Below, one piece after another: positions 50,901-60,315 of a stretch of DNA of 64,000 nucleotides. Numbering within the stretch: position 1 is the stretch's first letter; each line of letters begins with the position of its first letter. The DNA is from Candidatus Uhrbacteria bacterium (GTDB lineage Bacteria > Patescibacteriota > Patescibacteriia > UBA9934). The stretch covers positions 70,226 to 134,225 of the forward strand of contig CAWGHH010000004.1 of assembly GCA_963822405.1 (NCBI GenBank). Reading direction: 5' to 3'. The notes beneath the pieces were generated by a model. That model made no database searches, had not been told where the DNA came from, and saw only the letters and a list, made by a program, of their open reading frames with translations. Made by a program: the position numbers and the translations under genes.

Positions 50901-53900
50901 TTTGTAGTTCCGGCAGTTAATGTTACGTTATTTGACCCAGCGTTGATGTTCACCGCAGTGGTTCCAGTTGTGTTACCTATAGTTATCGTCTTCGAGCTCG
51001 CCCCAGTGCCAAGATTGATTGCACCGGTTGACCCAGAGTCAAGCGTCAAAACACCAGTCGTTCCCGCAGTTACGTTTAACGACGTTGCGGATGGACTCGC
51101 AATGTCCCCACCGGTCACAGTTAAGTCCCCGGTTAAGTTTCCATTACCAGAAGTATCAAGTACTAAAGCGTTTGATCCATTCGTTTTCAAGTTCAAGGCG
51201 TAGGCGTCTGTGGTTCCAAAATTAGCGGCGGTCCCAAAGCCATTTCCGCCTTGGATATAGGCAAAGGAAGAAACTGAACCGCTCGATGCTGGCAAAATCA
51301 CTAGACGCCAACGCTGTGCAGTCGAATCGTATTGGAAAGTTGCGGTCACATCCGGATCGATCACTAAGTTTCCTCCAGTAGTAGTAATAATTCGGTTAAC
51401 GTCGGTCGAGCTAACATCTTGATTGCTAAATATCATGCTGGAAGCCGAGGCGTTGGTCAGACGAATCTGTTTTCCGTTAACAGGGTTAGCGATACCGGTA
51501 ATCGTGATCTGCGATGCGCCGGTAAATCTAAACCATGTTCCAGCGCCCAGGTTCAAGTTATTCTGTGTTCCAGTGACCGAGAAATCAGAACCACGAGTAT
51601 TAATCAAAGCTCCTGTATACGTCAGATCTCCATTGATAGTAGCCCCACCCCCAGTAGTAAACAATCCAGTTCCTGTAGAGATTGCTCGATTAGTTACAGT
51701 GTTCAAACTAAGTATTCCCGTGCCGGTCATGTCGATGACCGTGCTATTACCCGCAAATGTAACCGTCGAACCGTTTACCGTCACACTGTCGCCGGTAGCG
51801 TTGCCGAGAGTAGTCAAACCGTTAACTAGTAAATCATTACTAAAAGTTTTGTTCCCGGCCAAGGTCTGGGCGCCAGTTGTCACCAAACCTCGATTCGTTA
51901 CCGATGCATCAGGAATGTTGAACGTATGCGTACCTGATCCTGAAACGATATTAAAGTCAGTACCCGTTGTACCAATAACTAAAGTCTGTGACGCTCCACC
52001 TTCTCCGTTTAAACTAGTCAAACCAGCACCGCCCCCGGTGTCACAATCTTTCCAAGCGACACCTTCATAACATCTAAACTTACTGCTCGCTATATTGTAA
52101 TAGCTTGCTCCAGGCGTGCCGCCTGATGGATCTCCAGAACCACTGACCGCCGATTTTGTGTCGAGCACGAGCAAGTCTGGAGTAGCTGAGCCAGTCGAAC
52201 CAGCACCTATCTGCACATATGCAGTGGTACCCGTTCCCGCCACCTGTAACTTCAAATCCCCCGCGGTAGTTCCCCAGGTTGAGGTCGCACCAGCAGTGAA
52301 TGTCAAAGCATCGGCCGAAGTAAAACTTGACGCAGCTGTTGGTGTCAAAAGAACTGCGCCAGTACCAGTTGCCGTAAAGTTTCCAGAAGTCAGAGTAAGG
52401 GCAAAGTCAGCAGACGAACCAGTCGTAATTCCAGGACCGGCTGTATAGGCACTTTGCAAAGTAGTGGTTCCGCCGGTGGTGTCACAATCCTTCCATCCCC
52501 CACCTTCGTAACAACGGAACTTACTGCTCGTCGTGTTGTAGTAACTCGCGCCGTTTGTACCTCCAACAGGATCAGCTGAACTATTATTTTTAAGGTCAAG
52601 AACGAACAAATCCGGCGTAGCAGATCCACTACCTACACCGATCTGCACATTGCCGATAGCTCCCGTACCCGCCACCTGTAGCGAAATACCACCAGTTCCT
52701 GACTGCAAATTAAGAGTCGTCGAAGTCGTGGTATTACCAACGGTGACCGTCTTGGCGTTCGCCCCAGTTCCAAGATTTACCGCGCCAGTAGTACCGGAAT
52801 CAAGCGTCAACACGCCAGTAGAGCCAGAAGTCACATTCAAAGCCACGGTCGCGGCCGAAAGCACATCGCCACCGGTAACAGTTAGATCACCCGTTAAATT
52901 GGCGTTGCCGGAGGTATCAAGGGATAGGGCCGTTACATTGTTAGTAATCAAATTAAGTGGGTAACCATCAGTTGTGCCAACATTAAGCGCGGTATTGAAG
53001 CTATTTCCACCCGCCACAATTGCCACCGCCTCGACCGGTAAGGCGGTAACGCGCCAACGCAATGATCCTGAATCATATTGAAGACTGATAGACCCATTAG
53101 TGCCAATCGTTGCACTCTCCCCGTTCGCGGTAGCAATTCTATTTGCCGCCAATGACCCAGAATCCTGATTTGTAAGAACTATATTTGAAGATGAAACATT
53201 GGTGATTCGAATTTGTCTACCATCTGTTCCACCAGCAATACCCGTAACCGTTGCTGGGGCGCCGCCAGTAAAACGGAATAACATTCCAGAGCCAAAGTTT
53301 ACGTTGTTCTGAGTACCGGTAGACGAATAGTCAGTGCCCTTTGGCGTAATGAAATTACCGATGACTGAAAAGGCACCGGAACCAGAACTAAATGAGTTTC
53401 CATCCGTAAATGTTACGTTACCATCAATATTTATGCCTCCGGAACCAGCGTCAAGGTGAAGAGCGGTAGCACCCACGTTATTACCAATAGTAATTATTTT
53501 GGCGTTTGCTCCTGTTCCCAAATTAACGTCACCAGTAGTTCCAGAATCAAGGGTCAATACACCGGTCGTCCCTGTCTTCAAATTCATCGCCGTGACCGCT
53601 GGTGTTGAAATATCCCCGCCAGTGACCGTTAAATCTCCAGTTAAGTTACCGTTACCTGAAGTATCCAGTGTAAGTGCGTTTACTCCCCCAGTCTGCAAAT
53701 TCAGCCCATAAAAATCATCCGAGCCAAGAACTTCAGTAGCCCCGAAAGAATTTCCGCCCTGAATAAAACCAGTGGTCAAAATGTTTGCCACGTTAGATGG
53801 TGGCGACAAAACGTGCCAGTGTCCATAACCATTATAAATCTCGTATTGCAACATGACGGTTGTGTCTTCTGGAAGCACCAAGTCGCCCAACGTACCGGTG

Positions 53901-55567
53901 ATAATTCGATTATCAGTACTGGATCCCGCGTCTTCGTTCTTCAAAGTAATGGTGTTGGCACCCGCCGCGTTCATAAGCGTAAGTAGCTGACCGTCCGTGC
54001 CCGCCAAAATTCCAGTGAACGCCACTGGAGATGCTCCCGTATATCGAATCAATGCTCCGATACCAAAATTTGCATTATTCACGGTTCCAGTTGTCGTAAA
54101 ATCAACTCCATGGGGAGTGATTAAATTACCAGCAATCGTCAGACTGCCGTCTACATTATTATCTCCACCAACAGTGAATAGACCGGTACCAGTGGTGATC
54201 GCCCTATTTGTTGTTGTGTTTAGGCTGAGCGTACCCGTTCCGGTCATGTTTATCACCGTACTATTCCCCGCAAGTGTGATTCCCGTCGAGTTAATAGTGG
54301 TGATGCCTGTGCCGGTAGTGAAAGCGTTACTGCCAGTAATTGTTGTATTGCCACCAAGCGAGATGCCACTTGAGCCACTATTCAAGTTAAGTGCCGTCGT
54401 ACCTGACGTATTACCAATTGTGATTATTTTCGAGTTAGCCCCGTTACCAAAGTTAATCGCTCCGGTGGTGCCGGTATCGATCGTCAAAGTTCCCGTAGTG
54501 CCGGTAGTAATGCCTATAGTCGAGGCCGCCGCAGATGAAAGAGCAAGCGCACCAGTTGACGTGAGAGTTGTCGAGCCCGTACCAGTCAAGGTCGAGGCAC
54601 CCGCAGCTAGAGCAAACCTAGTCGCTCCGCCCGTGATAAGGTCTAGAGCGTAAGCGTCTGTTGTACCAATGGTTGCTATAGCTCCGAAAGAGTTACCGCC
54701 CTGCGCAAAATCGAGACTAGCGGTTGTAGGTAAAACAGCAACCCGCCAGCGAGACGCACCTGAGTCATACTGCATGTCAAACGTTGAGTTTGGCGGAATG
54801 ACTGCATCCAAACCAGTCTCTATGATAATTCTGTTGGCCGCCACCGAACTGGTATTTTGATGTCTAATGGTCAAATTAGATGAAGAAGCGTTTGTGATTC
54901 GGACCATCTGGCCGTCAACCCCGCCTGCAAAACCAGTAATCGTCGCCTCGCTCACGCCGGTATATCTAAAGAAAGAGCCAGTGCCAAGATCAACGTCATT
55001 CTGTACACCGGTCGTTGCGAAGTCGGTTCCCATTGGTCTCGCATAATCTCCAATGATGGTCAGTCCATCACCAAATGTCTTTGCGCCGGCAAATAACTGT
55101 GTTCCTGTCGTCACTAGTCCTCTATTTAAGGCCGAGGCATCAGGAATATTGAGTGTGTGAACGTTAGCCGCCGAAGCAAAACTAACATCCGTTCCAGATG
55201 TTCCGATGGCGAACGTTTGAGTGGTTCCAGTTTGGCCGTTCAAGCTGGTCAAACCAGCACCACCACTAACCGTCACCCACGCAGATCCATCATAGGCAAA
55301 GAAAGTCCCCCCAACTGTATCAAGATACAAGGCTCCCGTATCCGGGCTGACGAGTGCAGGCGCACCAGCACCAGTATTTGCGTCACCAATCGGCAACACG
55401 CCACAGTTGCTAGCGCCAGGTGCGCAATCTGGTTCTAGTGTTTCACCTGGTAAGTACACGGAAGCTTGGGCAAAAGGAGCCAAAACCAATGAAAATACAC
55501 AAAATAAAACAGATACACTAAATTTAGTAAATGTACTATGTACAAAATTCTGTCTATGGATGTCCAT
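47941..55567 (-). pseudogene. Giant repetitive secreted fibre-like protein 2 (about 2540 aa if repaired); +1 frameshift near 49433-49436
   Basis: ORF 49418-55591 ends MVRIGNSG and ORF 47941-49545 continues TATPDLLVLD, matching the internal repeat VQIG..GSATPDL.VLD; one extra G in agcGGGcacc. Confidence 0.75.
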
Positions 55568-55712
55568 AGCGCACGTTAGGTTGACCAACACCCCAATTCA
55601 ACTTTTCTCTAGCCACAGCATACCATGCACAACTATTACTGAGCATATCGGTGCATAACTTAAATCCCGCACCTCTTGGGGCGCGGGACGTTCGTATTCG
55701 GCCGTGGCCGAA

Positions 55713-56000
55713 TTACGAAGACGGACTGTTCGTCAGCACTTGGGTGCCGATTTTTCGGACGTTGTTCCAGGCGTGACGTATTCTCACTTCCGGTAGACTG
55801 TGGTCAATCGTGGCGTCAGCCGCATCGTACGGCGGCATGCGATCAACCTGTGTAGGGTCCATGTTTGCCCCCATCACGCGGTACGTAAGCACGTGAACCG
55901 CAACCATGAAGTCGCGCGAGGCAAACAGCTGGGGCGGCGGTTTCTGTGCCCCAATCCCAAACTGTAGCGTATCCACAGCAGTGAAATTATACTCGCCCAT
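55713..56000 (-). CDS. Orphan hypothetical protein
   Basis: 95 aa, GGAGG SD, hairpin at about 55662-55690. Confidence 0.5.
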   Translation of the reverse strand: MGEYNFTAVDTLQFGIGAQKPPPQLFASRDFMVAVHVLTYRVMGANMDPTQVDRMPPYDAADATIDHSLPEVRIRHAWNNVRKIGTQVLTNSPSS

Positions 56001-56035
56001 CTTCCCTCCAAACGTTCAAACCTCCTACAGTTTAC

Positions 56036-56126
56036 ACCAAAAAAACAAAAACCAGCGTTGTCGAGAAAATGTTAGGAGGTACTCCGACTCAAATTTCGAG
56101 ACAATACTGGTCTTTTGTTTTTTGGT
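56036..56126 (+). repeat. Hairpin family 3, copy E
   Basis: accaaaaaaacaaaaaccag...ctggtcttttgttttttggt around ttaggaggtactccgactcaaattt; close to copy D. Confidence 0.88.
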
Positions 56127-57383
56127 TTACACGAGTACGTTCATCACTTCATTGACCGCAACAATCTTCGCCTCGCCTCCGGCACGCTCTTTCCATTCTA
56201 CTCCCCCAGCAGCCAGAGATTTTTCGGAAACAACTAGTCGAACTGGAATTCCAATTAGATCAGCGTCGGCAAACTTAGCGCCAGGACCGATTCCTTCTCG
56301 ATCGTCCCATAACACCTCAACACCCTTTGCCAAAAGCTCTGAATACAATTTGTGTCCAGCCTCGTCGATCGTAATCTGAACCTCTGGGCTTTTCGCGTTT
56401 AGAGAGATGAGATGAACCGCAAATGGCGCTACAGCCTTTGGCCAAATGATACCGTTATCATCATGGGATGCCTCAACGATTGCGCCAACTAATCGAGAAA
56501 CGCCGATTCCGTAACAACCCATGAGAATAGGTGCTCGCGTACTATCCTCAAGTTGAACACTAAAATCAAAATCTTTAGAAAATCTATCGGCTAGGTCAAA
56601 GATATTCCCAACCTCTACGCCCTTTGTTGCCACTAGCGTTCCTTTGCAGTTTGGACAAGCATCCCCCTCTTTAACCGTGGCAATCTCAGTATTCTGCGCA
56701 AAGCTACAAGCTCGACAAAGAATAAGATTATCCTCACCGGCCGGAGTTTCAACTTGGAACTCGTGCGAGGCCTTTTTGGAAAATGAACCGCCAGACGACT
56801 CAGTCACCTTCGCGTCTAAGCCCATTCGGGTATACGCTTTTAAGTACGCTTGCTTGGCTTTTTCGTAGAATGCTTCAAAGTCCTCAGCTGTCGTATGGAA
56901 CGAATACATGTCCTTCATTAAGAATTCACGACCTCTAAGTACGCCACTCTTAGCGCGTAACTCGTCACGGAATTTTGTTTGGATCTGGTAAACGGCGAGC
57001 GGAAGGTCTCGATAGCTCTTAACGAATTCCTGAACAAGAGGCGTAACTATCTCTTCGGCAGTTGGTCCAAGACCGTACTCTTTTCCTGTTTGGCTTGGGA
57101 CTTTAAAAAGTACGTCAACGGAATCCCAACGGTTAGTTTTCATCCAGTTCTCCTTTGGCTGTAACGCTGTCATCAAAATTTCCTGTGCACCAAGGGCATT
57201 CATCTCCTCGCGAACAATCTTTTCGATATTACGAAGAACTCGCAATCCAAGTGGTAACCAAGAATAAACACCAGCCATTTCCTGGTGAACAAATCCGCCC
57301 TGGACTAAATATCGAGCATTGACGCTATCTGCATCAGCCGGACGATTCTTGGAAGATTTCGAAAAAAGTTGGGAGTACTTCAT
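56127..57383 (-). CDS. proS: Proline--tRNA ligase (short form without INS editing domain)
   Basis: PTAEE, KFRDELR..G.LRGREF.MKD.YSF, MGCYGIGVSR, KFADADLIG. Confidence 0.95.
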   Translation of the reverse strand: MKYSQLFSKSSKNRPADADSVNARYLVQGGFVHQEMAGVYSWLPLGLRVLRNIEKIVREEMNALGAQEILMTALQPKENWMKTNRWDSVDVLFKVPSQTGKEYGLGPTAEEIVTPLVQEFVKSYRDLPLAVYQIQTKFRDELRAKSGVLRGREFLMKDMYSFHTTAEDFEAFYEKAKQAYLKAYTRMGLDAKVTESSGGSFSKKASHEFQVETPAGEDNLILCRACSFAQNTEIATVKEGDACPNCKGTLVATKGVEVGNIFDLADRFSKDFDFSVQLEDSTRAPILMGCYGIGVSRLVGAIVEASHDDNGIIWPKAVAPFAVHLISLNAKSPEVQITIDEAGHKLYSELLAKGVEVLWDDREGIGPGAKFADADLIGIPVRLVVSEKSLAAGGVEWKERAGGEAKIVAVNEVMNVLV

Positions 57384-57409
57384 AGTGAAAGGATGGTAGC
57401 ACCCCTTCC

Positions 57410-57616
57410 CTACGGTGTCACCTGGATCATGGATCCAGCAAAATGCGCAATAATCAAAACAATTCCAATTCCCATAATAATGAGGGCGAGCTGGAAAATG
57501 GCCTTCGCGTCCTTATCGTCAGACACGAAACCGACGAATATATATGAGGCAAAACCCAGAATTAACATTGCTGGCACACCAGCCAAGACGATTCCAACCA
57601 GTAATAATGGTGACAT
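57410..57616 (-). CDS. Small two-TM membrane protein (start uncertain)
   Basis: Two hydrophobic segments after MSPLL. Confidence 0.55.
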   Translation of the reverse strand: MSPLLLVGIVLAGVPAMLILGFASYIFVGFVSDDKDAKAIFQLALIIMGIGIVLIIAHFAGSMIQVTP

Positions 57617-57623
57617 ATATGTG

Positions 57624-57650
57624 GTAGGGGTCGACCCATGCGTCGACCCA
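57624..57650 (+). repeat. Family 1, copy 9 (opposite orientation)
   Basis: gtaggggtcgac-ccatgc-gtcgaccca. Confidence 0.85.
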
Positions 57651-57723
57651 TTTATATACATTATAACAGAAAAAATAATGGAGGGCGCATGAGCCCTCCG
57701 AACGACGGTCACTCAAACCGATT

Positions 57724-58008
57724 CTATTTCCCCTTTCGAGTCTTTTTGTACTTCTTGAGGATGTCACGGTACCGTCGCGGCATGGGACGACACGGAATAC
57801 CAGCTCGCTTGGCATTCTTTCGGACTATCTTGTCAATCCTCCACAGATCTTCAGCGGTGATTCGAATCTCACCTGGGTCATACGTCCTCACATCAGAATG
57901 CATCCTTGGACGAGTAGCGATTCGAGCAATCCTTCGTACCTCATCCAAAAACTCCTGACTTCCGCACAAATGAGTCACGACGACACACCGCACATCACTC
58001 GCCATCAC
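57724..58008 (-). CDS. Orphan basic hypothetical protein
   Basis: AGGAGG SD; overlaps stop of upstream ORF. Confidence 0.5.
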   Translation of the reverse strand: MMASDVRCVVVTHLCGSQEFLDEVRRIARIATRPRMHSDVRTYDPGEIRITAEDLWRIDKIVRKNAKRAGIPCRPMPRRYRDILKKYKKTRKGK

Positions 58009-58310
58009 ACACCTCCCATTTGTCGTGACGCAGGTCCGTCGAAAACCGTGAACGAGTCGACCCCCACATACGAGCGGGAGACGATTTTTTCGTCGGACGG
58101 AACGTCGGGCACGTCGACATAAATCACACGTCCTTCAGTTTCCTTACACCCCCCACCACCGCGCGGAGGCCTTAATTCACCATGACGACCATGGAAGAGC
58201 CAGTACAAAAACCTCGGCACAAGGAGCGAGACCGCAACGCCCATCACCATCGCGGCAAACATTGAACTTGCGATTTGTTCGATGATAAACGACCAATCAA
58301 ATGCCCGCAT
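58005..58310 (-). CDS. Orphan hypothetical membrane protein
   Basis: GGAGG SD; N-terminal hydrophobic segment. Confidence 0.55.
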   Translation of the reverse strand: MRAFDWSFIIEQIASSMFAAMVMGVAVSLLVPRFLYWLFHGRHGELRPPRGGGGCKETEGRVIYVDVPDVPSDEKIVSRSYVGVDSFTVFDGPASRQMGGV

Positions 58311-58391
58311 GGAAACCTCCCAAAAGGGACAGTATGCAAAAACGGATGATTCGTCAAAACAAAACGACCCTTCTTTCGAAGGATCGGCTTG

Positions 58392-58467
58392 TGGTGCACC
58401 GGGCGGGACTCGAACCCGCGACCAAGAGATTAAGAGTCTCCTGCTCTACCAACTGAGCTACCGATGC
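58392..58467 (-). tRNA. tRNA-Lys(CTT)
   Basis: GCATCGG..TAGCTCAGTTGGTAGAGC..CT-CTT-AA..GGTTCGAGTCC..CCGGTGC-ACCA, 76 nt. Confidence 0.95.
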
Positions 58468-58514
58468 GCATAAAGTCCATTTTATCCCCTTTTCAGGGAT
58501 AGATGACGGACGTC

Positions 58515-58558
58515 AGTATGCCAAATGCTTTGACTGTGGTCAAGATTTTTGCTAGTAT
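58515..58558. promoter_or_regulatory. Overlapping divergent promoters for the two tRNAs
   Basis: + strand TTGACT-N17-TAGTAT; - strand TTGACC-N17-CATACT; the two -35 boxes form ttgac-tgtg-gtcaa. Confidence 0.6.
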
Positions 58559-58569
58559 TCTAGCGTTCT

Positions 58570-58646
58570 GTGGTGTTAGCTCAGCTGGATAGAGCATCTG
58601 CCTTCGAAGCAGAGGGTCGGGGGTTCAAATCCCTCACACCACACCA
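58570..58646 (+). tRNA. tRNA-Arg(TCG)
   Basis: GTGGTGT..TAGCTCAGCTGGATAGAGC..tctgc-CT-TCG-AA-gcaga..GGTTCAAATCC..ACACCAC-ACCA, 77 nt. Confidence 0.95.
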
Positions 58647-58732
58647 GAAACAAAAGAGAGATATCTTGGTAAAATTTTTAGGAGGTAATCCGACTCAAAT
58701 TTTAACGAGATATCTCTCTTTTGTTTCTGGTG
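58642..58732 (+). repeat. Hairpin family 3, copy F
   Basis: caccagaaacaaaagagagatatct...agatatctctcttttgtttctggtg around aaatttttaggaggtaatccgactcaaattt. Confidence 0.9.
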
Positions 58733-58733
58733 C

Positions 58734-59426
58734 TCACCACCCCTTCTCTTTCACTGCCGCTTGGGCAGCTGCTACCTGCGCCTCCTGCTTGCTTGATCCT
58801 TCTGCTTGTGCAACAAGGTCTTTGCCGAGGAATGCGCCGACAACGAATATCTTTGCGTGGTCGGGACCGGTTTCGCTCAGCACTTTGTAGCTTGGTGTGA
58901 TGCCGAGTTTTGATTGGGAAGCTTCCTGGAAAACGCTCTTGGGATCCGCGAACAAACGCTTTTCAATAATATTCGGCAAGTGAGACAGGACGTGTTTCGT
59001 GATGAAGGTCTTCGACAACTCCCAACCAAAGTCCAAATAGATCGCGCCAATAATAGATTCCATCGCATTCGCCAAAATATATTTGCGCGCTTTTGAATTA
59101 GCGTCCTTCTCCTCGCCCTTCGACAAATACAGATACGGTTCAACCCCAAGTGACGCCGCGATTTCACCAAGCGAGTCACCGTTCACAAGCGCCGAACGCC
59201 AAGTAGTCAGATCTCCTTCTGGGTTTGGGTAGTTGATGTAGAGGTTCTCCGTGACGACGAGCTCAAGCACGGCGTCTCCGAGAAACTCCAATCGTTCGTT
59301 ATGATCAAGCGGAAAATCTGGGTGTTCATTAAGGTATGAACGGTGAACAACTGCCTGTTCTAAATGTCCGTCTGCCTTGAAAGGAATCTCGAGCTTATCT
59401 GCCAATTCTTGAATGTTCTTTTCCAT
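58734..59426 (-). CDS. rnc: Ribonuclease III
   Basis: NERLEFLGDAVL; dsRBD with GPDH..F and SKQEAQ. Confidence 0.97.
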   Translation of the reverse strand: MEKNIQELADKLEIPFKADGHLEQAVVHRSYLNEHPDFPLDHNERLEFLGDAVLELVVTENLYINYPNPEGDLTTWRSALVNGDSLGEIAASLGVEPYLYLSKGEEKDANSKARKYILANAMESIIGAIYLDFGWELSKTFITKHVLSHLPNIIEKRLFADPKSVFQEASQSKLGITPSYKVLSETGPDHAKIFVVGAFLGKDLVAQAEGSSKQEAQVAAAQAAVKEKGW

Positions 59427-59428
59427 AA

Positions 59429-59911
59429 TTATTTTTCAGCCAGTTCAGCAGCCTTCTTCTTCTCCATATCTACGTCTACTTGCTTAACTATCCCGTTATC
59501 AACTCTATCCTTGTAAATCGCGCCGAGGACTCCGTTCACAAATTTACCAGACGCATCTCCCCCAAAAGTCTTGCCGAGCTCAATCGCTTCATTGATCGCT
59601 ACCTTCGACGGAATCGTCTCGTCCAGCTTAAGCTCGTAAACACCAAGACGCAAAACGTTACGGTCGATCAAAGTCATCGTGTCGACTGTCCAGTTTGGCG
59701 CAAAACGGTTAATAGTTTCGTCTATCTCCCCCATTCGCTTAACAATATCTGTCACCTGACGCTCAACATAGCCACCGTCCTCAAAGTCCGGGGCAAACTC
59801 AGTTTTCACAAAATTCATGATCTCTGGTAATCGAGTCATTTCTCGGCCTCTGAAATCCCATTCGTAAAGGGCCTGCATGGCCATGGTTCTAGCTAGGTGA
59901 CGGTTGGACAT
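59429..59911 (-). CDS. nusB: Transcription antitermination factor NusB
   Basis: RHLAR..AMQALY, DRNVLR, INEAIELGK.F, FVNGVL. Confidence 0.96.
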   Translation of the reverse strand: MSNRHLARTMAMQALYEWDFRGREMTRLPEIMNFVKTEFAPDFEDGGYVERQVTDIVKRMGEIDETINRFAPNWTVDTMTLIDRNVLRLGVYELKLDETIPSKVAINEAIELGKTFGGDASGKFVNGVLGAIYKDRVDNGIVKQVDVDMEKKKAAELAEK

Positions 59912-59957
59912 ATTTCAAGGAACAGAATACCAAGATTCTCTTAAAACTGAAAACCGC

Positions 59958-60248
59958 TTATTCAGCGGCTTTCTTTTCTTCCTTTACTTTAGCTACTTTC
60001 TTTGGGGCTTTAGCTGCTTTTGCAACTTTTGGCGCCTTAACTTCTTTCTTCAAGACCTTCTTTACTTCTTCCATGCCCGTCTTCTTAACGGAGCGGTCAC
60101 CATACTTACCGCATTTCTTACAAGCACGGTGTGGAAGAGTGACGTAACCACAACCAGCACAGGTTGAAGTCATCACGGCCTTTAGGGCGTGGTGGGATCG
60201 GCGTCTTCGAACTTTTGAGCGAGAGCTTCTAAATGACGGTAGTGGCAT
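59958..60248 (-). CDS. rpmF: 50S ribosomal protein L32 with Lys/Ala-rich tail
   Basis: S.SK.RRRRSH, CxxC...PHRACxxCG; promoter TTGACG-N17-TACTAT at 60272-60300. Confidence 0.92.
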   Translation of the reverse strand: MPLPSFRSSRSKVRRRRSHHALKAVMTSTCAGCGYVTLPHRACKKCGKYGDRSVKKTGMEEVKKVLKKEVKAPKVAKAAKAPKKVAKVKEEKKAAE

Positions 60249-60315
60249 AGAAATCAATTAAGGTTGGCCGAATAGTACAAAGATTGATGGAGAACGTCAA
60301 GAAATGACGGGTAGT

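Noticed and set aside
58054-58068. gagtcgacccccac as a tenth family 1 copy
   Set aside because: Only one arm is present, so it may be chance
4281-58732. Family 3 hairpins as integron attC sites or CRISPR repeats
   Set aside because: No RYYYAAC/GTTRRRY ends, no tandem array or regular spacers, and no integrase or cas gene in the window
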